Position numbers and translations under genes: made by a program. The notes beneath the pieces are model-generated. The model ran no database searches. It saw only the letters and a list, made by a program, of their open reading frames with translations, and was not told the origin of the DNA. This document shows positions 25,375 to 32,000 of a DNA stretch of 32,000 nt, one piece after another. Each line of letters opens with the position of its first letter. Within the stretch, counting starts at the first letter, position 1. The DNA comes from Pyrodictium abyssi (GTDB lineage: Archaea; Thermoproteota; Thermoprotei_A; Sulfolobales; Pyrodictiaceae): assembly GCF_036323395.1 (NCBI RefSeq), contig NZ_AP028907.1, positions 1,290,001 to 1,322,000 of the forward strand, given 5' to 3'.

Positions 25375-26583
25375 GTGGCGGCGCTAAAGCTGCCGGGCAT
25401 GATTGCTAGGGATACTGGCAGCCGTGAGGGCTACCGGGTAGTAGAGCTGTTCATCGGGCCGCAGCACCCCGCCTCTGGGCACATGAGGCTCATAGTGTAC
25501 CTGGACGGCGACGTAGTGGTGAGGGTTGACCCGGATATAGGGTACGTGCACCGCACTATGGAGAAGCTTGCCGAGCAGAGGGAGTACGTGCGGGTTATAA
25601 GCCTCCTGGAGCGAATGACCATTATAGACGCGTGCAACGTGACACTCCCCTACGTCGAGGCCGCGGAGAGGCTCCTCGGCGTAGAGCCGCCTCCCCGGGC
25701 GCGCTACCTCCGCACGATCCTCTGCGAGGTAAACCGCATAGCTAGCCACCTCTACGGCCTCGGCATAGGCGGGATATTCCTCAACCACTCCACCATGTAC
25801 ATGTGGGCCTTCGGGGACCGAGAGGTCTTCGTCCACCTCGCCTCCATGCTCACCGGCTCTAGGCTCACCCATACCTACCCCATACCCGGCGGTGTCCGGC
25901 GGGACCTCCCCCAGGCGTTCAGGGACGAATTCGAGAAGGCTAAGCGCTACATGCTGCGCCGCCTCCGAGAGTACGACAAGGTGTTCTTTAATAACCCTGT
26001 GGTCCGCGGCAGGCTCGAGAACGTTGGCGTGCTTCCCCGGCACCGCGCAGTAGCCCTAGGCGTCACGGGGCCAAACCTCCGCGCCAGCGGAGTACGCTAC
26101 GACGCAAGGCTCCTGGGCTACGCCGCCTACAAGGAGCTAGGCTACGAGCCGGTGGTCGGAAGCGAGAGCGACGCGCTGGAGAGGGTATGGGTCCGCCTCC
26201 GCGAGATAGAGGCAAGCCTCGAGCTGATAGAGAGGGCCCTCAGGGAGATGCCGGAGGGCCCCATAATGGCTGAGCAGTATACACGCGCAGTCCCGCCGGC
26301 TATGAAGAAGTGGTTTGAGAGGGGCAGGGTGAAGCTGCCCGGCGGCTATGTGAGGCTGAAGACCCGGCCCGGCGAGACCGTGTCGCGCGGCGAGATGGGC
26401 CGGGGCGAGATAACGTACTTCCTCGTCAGCGACGGCGGGATGAAGCCGTACCGGCTGCGTGTCGTAACCCCTAGCGCCCGTAACGTGGTCTTGTTCGACG
26501 CGCTAGCCCGGGGCCACACGCTGATGGACCTCCCGGCGATCTACGCTAGCATAGACTACTTCCCTCCCGAGGCAGACCGCTAG
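25375..26583 (+). CDS. nuoD: NADH-quinone oxidoreductase subunit D-like
   Basis: FIGPQHPASGHMRLIVYLDGD; IGYVHRTMEKLAE; GVRRDLPQAF; lacks the CxxC pairs of NiFe hydrogenases; starts at GTG 25375 or ATG 25399. Confidence 0.93.
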   Translation: MAALKLPGMIARDTGSREGYRVVELFIGPQHPASGHMRLIVYLDGDVVVRVDPDIGYVHRTMEKLAEQREYVRVISLLERMTIIDACNVTLPYVEAAERLLGVEPPPRARYLRTILCEVNRIASHLYGLGIGGIFLNHSTMYMWAFGDREVFVHLASMLTGSRLTHTYPIPGGVRRDLPQAFRDEFEKAKRYMLRRLREYDKVFFNNPVVRGRLENVGVLPRHRAVALGVTGPNLRASGVRYDARLLGYAAYKELGYEPVVGSESDALERVWVRLREIEASLELIERALREMPEGPIMAEQYTRAVPPAMKKWFERGRVKLPGGYVRLKTRPGETVSRGEMGRGEITYFLVSDGGMKPYRLRVVTPSARNVVLFDALARGHTLMDLPAIYASIDYFPPEADR

Positions 26584-26595
26584 GAGGGGCTCGGC

Positions 26596-27612
26596 ATGGT
26601 GTTCGAGGCGGTAGCAGGCCTGCTAGGCGCGCCGGAGTGGCTCGTACGGGCTGTGTTCGCGCCCCTAGTCTACCCTGGGCTGCTCACCTTCACGTTTATG
26701 GCTCTCTTCCTGATCTGGGCCGAGCGTAAGATAGCCGCTAGGGTCCAGATGAGGGTCGGCCCATACTACGTGTCGCCGCGCCTCCACGGCGCGCTGCAGA
26801 TGATAGCTGATGGCGTGAAGTTCGCCTTCCAGGAGATAATAGTGCCCCTGGAGGCCGAGAAGTGGAGCTTCATACTCTCCCCGATACTGGCCTTCACCAT
26901 AGTCGCGCTCTCGTTCACAGTGGTGCCCGGCGGGCCCGGCGTCTACGGGTTCCAGACAGAGTTCAGCATACTCGTGGCATACGCCCTCATAACCATAGCG
27001 CCGATACTCACCATAATAATGGGCTGGGCGTCGTCCAACAAGTTCGCCTACATAGGCGCCGGCCGCGAGGCACTGGTCTCCATCACCGGCGAGGCCACGA
27101 TACTGGCCTCGATGCTCGCCGCCGCTATGATGTACGGTGTACTCGACTTCACATCGGTAGTAGAGAAGCAGATCAGCACCGGCGTCATCGGGCTCGTGGC
27201 CAACCCTATAGCCGCGCTACTCTTCTTCATAGCCGCACTCCTGGCCACAGACCGCGTGCCCTTCGACCTGGTGCTAGGCGAGCAGGAGATCGTGCAGGGC
27301 CCCTACACGGAGTACAGCGGCCTACTCTTCGCGTTAACTATGGCGATAGACTATGCTAAGCTCTACGTGCTCATGCTGATGTTCACGCACCTCTTCCTGG
27401 GCGGCTGGATGCCCTTCACAGACCCTCTGCTAGGCAGCCTGGCCGTACTAGCCAAGACCACCTTACTACTGCTGCTGGCCGTGTTCCTGAGGGCCGTGTA
27501 CGCTAGGATGAGGCTAGACCAGGTAGCCGCGTTCTTCTGGGCCCGCCTATTCCCCCTCGCACTCATAGCCTTCGCGGTCTCGGCTATAGTCCATCAGCTC
27601 TATGCGGGGTAG
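26596..27612 (+). CDS. nuoH: NADH-quinone oxidoreductase subunit H-like
   Basis: AERKIAARVQMRVGPYYVSPRLHGALQMIADGVKFAFQE; DRVPFDLVLGEQEIVQGPYTEYSG. Confidence 0.95.
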   Translation: MVFEAVAGLLGAPEWLVRAVFAPLVYPGLLTFTFMALFLIWAERKIAARVQMRVGPYYVSPRLHGALQMIADGVKFAFQEIIVPLEAEKWSFILSPILAFTIVALSFTVVPGGPGVYGFQTEFSILVAYALITIAPILTIIMGWASSNKFAYIGAGREALVSITGEATILASMLAAAMMYGVLDFTSVVEKQISTGVIGLVANPIAALLFFIAALLATDRVPFDLVLGEQEIVQGPYTEYSGLLFALTMAIDYAKLYVLMLMFTHLFLGGWMPFTDPLLGSLAVLAKTTLLLLLAVFLRAVYARMRLDQVAAFFWARLFPLALIAFAVSAIVHQLYAG

Positions 27613-27620
27613 ACCGTGCC

Positions 27621-28136
27621 TTGGCCCCTAGGCTCACCGAGCCCCGGAGGAGGCGGCCCCGGGTAAACCCGGTACGGGGCCACCTAGAGGCCATACTAGC
27701 CGCTGCTAGGCAGATGCTACGGCCCCCAATCACGCTGAGATACCCGGACGTAGAGGAGGCCCGGCCCGAGCACTACCGGGGGATAATACTCTTCGACTAC
27801 GACAAGTGCATAGGCTGCACACTATGCGCCCAGATATGCCCCTCAAGGGCCATCAAGATGTACAGGGTGCCCGGCGACAAGAGGATGCGCCCAGGCTATG
27901 ACATAGGCCGCTGCATCTTCTGCGGCTTATGCACAGACATCTGCCCCACGGACGCCCTGGAGACGAGCATCGTGCACGACAAGTCCTTCGAGGACGTAGA
28001 GTCTATGGACCTTGACCCCGTGGACTGGGCGCTCTACTCCAGGAAGCTCCGCGAGGAGATAGCTAGCCCCCGTAAGCCCCGCGTAAAACCAGTAGTAGAC
28101 GAGGAGGTGGGGCTCCGCTATGAGCCTGCAGGCTAG
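27621..28136 (+). CDS. nuoI: NADH-quinone oxidoreductase subunit I-like, 2x[4Fe-4S] ferredoxin domain
   Basis: CIGCTLCAQICP and CIFCGLCTDICP. Confidence 0.95.
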   Translation: MAPRLTEPRRRRPRVNPVRGHLEAILAAARQMLRPPITLRYPDVEEARPEHYRGIILFDYDKCIGCTLCAQICPSRAIKMYRVPGDKRMRPGYDIGRCIFCGLCTDICPTDALETSIVHDKSFEDVESMDLDPVDWALYSRKLREEIASPRKPRVKPVVDEEVGLRYEPAG

Positions 28137-28638
28137 CCTCTTAGACGCGGCTATAGCCACGTCGCTAGCCGCCGTAGCCGCCGGCTCTGTCGGCGCCGTC
28201 ATCGCCAGGAAGACTGTGCATAGCGTAGCATGGCTCGTCATAGCATCGCTGGGCGTAGCCTCGATATTCGCCCTACTGGGCTACGGCTACCTATCCGTCT
28301 TCCACATAGTGGTCTACGTCGGCACCAGCGTGACGCTACTAGCCATAGTGGTGATGATGCTCGGCTGCAGCATGGAGCCGAGAGTCTGGAAGCCTGGCAG
28401 GCTAATACTAGCGTTCTTCGCCGCTGCTGCGCTCGAGGCACCGCTAGCGCTCCACGCGCTCAGCAACCCGGTGAGCACCAGCGAGATAGCTGGCAGGGGC
28501 CTCGGCTTCGAGAGGGCCTCAAAGATGCTCATCGACTGCTGGATATGCACGCTACTCATGATAGTGACTGTGGCCGCTGTGCTGGTCGAGGCCATAGCTA
28601 TAGCTCGGGGCCGCTGGGCTGGGCCCCGAGGCGAGTAG
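28120..28638 (+). CDS. nuoJ: NADH-quinone oxidoreductase subunit J-like
   Basis: Hydrophobic protein HSVAWLVIASLGVASIFALLGYGYLSVFHIVVYVGTSVTLLAIVVMM; position in cluster. Confidence 0.88.
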   Translation: MSLQASLLDAAIATSLAAVAAGSVGAVIARKTVHSVAWLVIASLGVASIFALLGYGYLSVFHIVVYVGTSVTLLAIVVMMLGCSMEPRVWKPGRLILAFFAAAALEAPLALHALSNPVSTSEIAGRGLGFERASKMLIDCWICTLLMIVTVAAVLVEAIAIARGRWAGPRGE

Positions 28639-28711
28639 CACCCGCCCGCTGCCTGTAGCGTAGGGTTTTTCGCCCACACCGCAGGGCCCGGTGCAAGACC
28701 ATCCACGGAAG

Positions 28712-29038
28712 ATGGTGGGCACAGTGGAGGGTACGACGCTGGCAGTACTCGTGTACCTAGCTGCGCTGGTCTCCAGCATGGCCGGGATATACGGCGTGAT
28801 GACAGCCCGTAGCATAGTTAAGCTCCTCATATCGATAGAGATACTCTTCAACTCTGTCGTGCTCACCGCGTCCTACATAGGCGTAGTCACTGGCGCGGAC
28901 CCCGGGTTCTATAGCCTCCTCCTCGCAACCATAGTCCTCACTATAGCCGAGATAGCCATAGTCGCTGCGCTCCTCATCCTCGTGTACCGCGAGAAGAAGA
29001 ACCTCAGTACAGACCTCCTCACAGAGATCAAGGGGTGA
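28712..29038 (+). CDS. nuoK: NADH-quinone oxidoreductase subunit K-like
   Basis: GIYGVMTARSIVKLLISIEILFNSVVLTA; TIAEIAIVAALLILVYR. Confidence 0.92.
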   Translation: MVGTVEGTTLAVLVYLAALVSSMAGIYGVMTARSIVKLLISIEILFNSVVLTASYIGVVTGADPGFYSLLLATIVLTIAEIAIVAALLILVYREKKNLSTDLLTEIKG

Positions 29039-29045
29039 AGACGCC

Positions 29046-30554
29046 GTGGAGGAGTACGTGCTCGGGTTCCCACTGCTATGGGCTAGCGTCCTAGCACCCC
29101 TAGCCTCGGGTGTAGTCAGCGGTATCTACGCCGAAAGCCTCGGGAAGAGGAGCCAGGTGCTGCTAACCGCTGCTAGCTGGCTGGCATCGCTGTTGTTCCT
29201 CGCGCCGGCTGCCGCTGCTGCACTGAACGGCAGCATAGTCGTCGACCCCGTCTGGGCCAGGGTACCCGGCGTCGGCGTGTTTAGCATGTTCCTCGACTCT
29301 GTGGGGGCGGTGCTCGCGCTCACAGTGGCGGCTGTGAGCCTCCTCGTCGCGCTGTACTCTGCACCGTACATGGAGCACCGGTTCGAGGAGATAGGCGCTA
29401 GCGGGAAGAGCTGGGGCATCTACTACCTGCTCTACCAGCTCTTCACCGCCGGCATGCTCGGCTCCGTGCTGGCCGGTAACGGTGTGCTCTTCTACCTGTT
29501 CCTCGAGCTCACGCTGATACCCAGCGCGCTCCTCATAGTCCTCTACGGGTACGGCGACAGAATACGCGTGGGCCTAATCTACCTCGTGTGGACCCACGTC
29601 GGCGCCCTCCTATTCCTGCTAGGACTCTTCCTCGCCAAGGCCTACGACTACTACGTGCCCGGGGCAGGCTACGCTGTGGGCGCTGGCGGCGACAGGCTTC
29701 TGCCCCTAATACTCGTGGTACTCGGCCTCGGCATGAAGTCCGCGCTGGCTGGCCTACACCTCTGGCTCCCATACGCGCACGCCGAGGCCCCGACGCCGGT
29801 ATCGGCGCTGCTGTCCCCACTCCTCATAGGGATAGGCGGCTACGCCATGCTGCGTGCTGGCCTCGGCCTATTCCCCGAGGCGTGGCGCGAGCTAGGCATG
29901 GCGCTCTTCATCTGGGCTGTCGCCACCATGCTCTACGGTGGCTTCCTCGTACTAGCCCAGAGGGACGTGAAGAGGCTATTCGCCTACAGCAGCATCTCGC
30001 AGATGGGCTACATGCTGCTCGGCCTCGCCGTGGCCAACCCCCTGGGAGAGGCCGGCGCCATGCTGCACTACGTCGCGCACGCTCTGGGGAAAGCCATCCT
30101 CTTCGGGGTAGCCGGCGTCTTCATAGTGGGGCTGGGCACGCGGAAGCTGGAGGACCTAGGCGGGCTCCTATCGCGGATGCCATACACCGCTGCTGTCTCG
30201 CTGCTAGGCTTCATGCTGATAGCCGGTCTGCCGCCTACGCTCGGCCTGTGGAGCGAGGTCTACTTGGTCTTCGGGTTCGCCGACTGGGCTAAGGCCTACG
30301 GGCCCGGCGTGTTTGTGCTACTAGCAGCTGCCACCGCTGCTGCTATGACGCTTACCGCTGTCTACAGCTTCCTAGCGTTCAAGAACATGTTCCTCGGCGC
30401 ACCTGGGCCGGCTCATGAACGTGCCAGCGAGGTCCGCGTGGGAGGGCTGCTAGCGCCGCTACTTGTGATGGCCGTCCTGGGCGTCGTGTTGTTCCTCGTG
30501 GTGGGCGCTATAGCCGGCCCGATGCTGGAGACTATGAAGCTTGTCTACAGCTAG
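29046..30554 (+). CDS. nuoM: NADH-quinone oxidoreductase subunit M-like (proton-conducting)
   Basis: FLELTLIPSALLIVLYG; KSALAGLHLWLPYAHAEAPTPVSALLSPLLIGIGGYAMLR; YSSISQMGYMLLG. Confidence 0.92.
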   Translation: MEEYVLGFPLLWASVLAPLASGVVSGIYAESLGKRSQVLLTAASWLASLLFLAPAAAAALNGSIVVDPVWARVPGVGVFSMFLDSVGAVLALTVAAVSLLVALYSAPYMEHRFEEIGASGKSWGIYYLLYQLFTAGMLGSVLAGNGVLFYLFLELTLIPSALLIVLYGYGDRIRVGLIYLVWTHVGALLFLLGLFLAKAYDYYVPGAGYAVGAGGDRLLPLILVVLGLGMKSALAGLHLWLPYAHAEAPTPVSALLSPLLIGIGGYAMLRAGLGLFPEAWRELGMALFIWAVATMLYGGFLVLAQRDVKRLFAYSSISQMGYMLLGLAVANPLGEAGAMLHYVAHALGKAILFGVAGVFIVGLGTRKLEDLGGLLSRMPYTAAVSLLGFMLIAGLPPTLGLWSEVYLVFGFADWAKAYGPGVFVLLAAATAAAMTLTAVYSFLAFKNMFLGAPGPAHERASEVRVGGLLAPLLVMAVLGVVLFLVVGAIAGPMLETMKLVYS

Positions 30555-30585
30555 AGCCCCATGGGCTGGCTCGGGGTGAAGCGCC

Positions 30586-32000
30586 GTGGAGGCTGCTGGG
30601 CTGGCGGCTGCTGCGGCCGTGGCCTCCGGCTATGCCGCTGCCTTCCTAGCGCTGGTGCTGACGGTCCTCGGCGCCGGGTGGAGGACGATAGCGTGGACTG
30701 GTGTAGCGGGGACCGCAGCTGCCGCCGCTTTCTCCTGGCTTGCGCTCCTCCAGGGCGAGGGTAGGGTGGCCTACCCGTGGGTGCCCGGGCTTGGGGTCGA
30801 CCTGGCGCTACGGGTCGACATGCTCTCGGGGATCGTGGGGGCTGTTGTCGCTACTCTTAGCCTGCTCATAGCGCTGTACAGCGTGGAGTACATCGGGGAG
30901 TGGGGTGCTGCGAGGTACTGGCTCTTCTACAGCTTCTTCGTAGCCAGTATGCTGCTCCTAGTATACGCCGACGACCTGGTGGTCATGTTCATAGGCTGGG
31001 AGGGCACCGGGCTCGCTAGCTGGGCTCTCATAAGCTTCTACTACGACGACCGGGAGGAGGCCTGGGTAGGCGACCCTGGGCGTAAGAGGCTAGGCGTGCC
31101 GATGTGGTTCACTCCGACGCATAGCGGGCTCCGCGCCATCTCGTTCACAAGGGTAGGCGACATGGCTATGCTGATAGGCATAGGCCTGGTGGCCGCCGTG
31201 TTGGGCTCTACTAGTATCTCCGCTATGGAGGAGCGTGCCTCCTGGCTGCTCTCTGAGCTCAACATGAGAGGGCTTGTCGCCGCCTGGATAGCGTTCTTCT
31301 ACCTAGGCGCGTTGGCGAAGAGCGCGCAGTTCCCCTTCCACGAGTGGCTCGTGACGGCTATGACTGGCCCGACGTCTGTGTCTGCGCTGATACACGCCGC
31401 CACCATGGTCAAGGCTGGTGTATACTTCGCGCTGAGGTTCACCCCGGCCGTAGCCGCGGAGCTCGCGCTCCTCCACGGCACAGGCCTCGGGGTCTACGAG
31501 GCTATGGCGTGGATAGCCCTGCTCACCGCGTTCTCGACAGCATCCATGGCCATAGTGGCTAGGGAGCTGAAGCTTATACTAGCCTTCTCCACTGCTAGCC
31601 AGCTCTCCTACATGATGGCCGCCGTCTTCGCGGCAGCCGCTGCGGGCGACCCCAGTCTAGGAAGCCTCGGCGGCCTAGCCCACCTCGTCTCCCACGCCGT
31701 GTTCAAGGCCGCGCTCTTCCTCGCCGCTGGCGCCGTTATACACGAGGTGCACAGCCGCTACGTGACGGACATGGGCGGCCTACGCCGCTACATGCCCTAC
31801 ACGTTCGCCGCGATGCTGCTCGCCGGGCTGAGCCTAGCCGCTCTGCCGCCGTTCTCCGGCTGGTGGACAAAGGACCTAGCCGTCCAGGCCATCAGCCTGC
31901 TCGGCGGCAGGGCGAGTATGGTGGCGCTAGCCACGGCCGTGCTGACAGGGTTCTACACCATAAGGATGCTGTACTACGTCTTCCTCGCCCCGCCGAGGCG
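30586..32000 (+). CDS. nuoL: NADH-quinone oxidoreductase subunit L-like, partial (runs off the window)
   Basis: Not in the ORF track; read in the frame of 30586 from a GTG following TGA 30577-79: VEAAGLAAAAAVASGYAAAFLALVLTVL...VMFIGWEGTGLASWALISFYY...KSAQFPFHEWLVTAMTGPTSVSALIHAATMVKAGVYF. Confidence 0.93.
   Translation, partial: MEAAGLAAAAAVASGYAAAFLALVLTVLGAGWRTIAWTGVAGTAAAAAFSWLALLQGEGRVAYPWVPGLGVDLALRVDMLSGIVGAVVATLSLLIALYSVEYIGEWGAARYWLFYSFFVASMLLLVYADDLVVMFIGWEGTGLASWALISFYYDDREEAWVGDPGRKRLGVPMWFTPTHSGLRAISFTRVGDMAMLIGIGLVAAVLGSTSISAMEERASWLLSELNMRGLVAAWIAFFYLGALAKSAQFPFHEWLVTAMTGPTSVSALIHAATMVKAGVYFALRFTPAVAAELALLHGTGLGVYEAMAWIALLTAFSTASMAIVARELKLILAFSTASQLSYMMAAVFAAAAAGDPSLGSLGGLAHLVSHAVFKAALFLAAGAVIHEVHSRYVTDMGGLRRYMPYTFAAMLLAGLSLAALPPFSGWWTKDLAVQAISLLGGRASMVALATAVLTGFYTIRMLYYVFLAPPR

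Noticed and set aside
30561-30764. Tracked 67-aa ORF MGWLGVKRRGGCWAGG...
   Set aside because: Out of frame with the much better supported NuoL reading frame beginning at GTG 30586.
1-32000. Many long antisense or alternative-frame ORFs in the track (for example 631..972, 6961..7353, 13206..14045, 25384..26043, 29588..30292)
   Set aside because: They lie opposite or out of frame with strongly supported genes, have biased Arg/Pro/Ala/Ser composition typical of shadow ORFs in GC-rich DNA, and show no recognisable motifs.
1-32000. tRNA, rRNA or CRISPR arrays
   Set aside because: I looked for TPsiC-type GGTTCRA-like boxes and regularly spaced direct repeats in the gaps and saw no convincing cloverleaf or array. 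Short C/D or H/ACA RNAs cannot be excluded by eye.

Overview
This 32 kb, GC-rich window looks like a chromosomal segment of a hyperthermophilic crenarchaeon (Pyrodictiaceae/Desulfurococcales-like; inferred from gene content and signature motifs, not from a database search). Main content, left to right: a coiled-coil orphan protein; a Nudix hydrolase; a pilin-like secreted protein; an orphan protein; a frame-interrupted GH114/TM1410-like secreted glycosidase; an APC permease; a BtuF/C/D-type (cobalamin/iron) ABC importer; a divergently arranged oligopeptide ABC importer; an HhH-GPD [4Fe-4S] DNA glycosylase; a radical SAM protein; an archaeal STAND/AAA-type ATPase whose N-terminus has no canonical start; queD-queE; prephenate dehydratase; a thioredoxin-reductase-like flavoprotein; a GcvH-like protein; a PAP2 phosphatase; and a respiratory complex I-like cluster, nuoA-B-(C inverted)-D-H-I-J-K-M-L, with nuoL running off the window. 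I saw no convincing tRNA, rRNA, CRISPR array or transposon. The observations most worth a second look are: (1) a potentially structured GC-rich leader between a TATA-like element and queDE; (2) the GH114-like gene split by a -1 shift at a G5 run; (3) the ATPase whose Walker A motif lies upstream of any ATG/GTG/TTG, next to a 15-nt-period repeat; (4) a perfect palindrome between the TATA-like box and the start of the metal/cobalamin importer; (5) nuoC inverted inside an otherwise collinear complex I operon; (6) a TrxR-like protein lacking the NADPH-binding HRRxxxR motif; (7) an oligopeptide-binding protein ending abruptly after its GWAPDYLDPDNY motif. I did not identify a clear new defence or mobile system.
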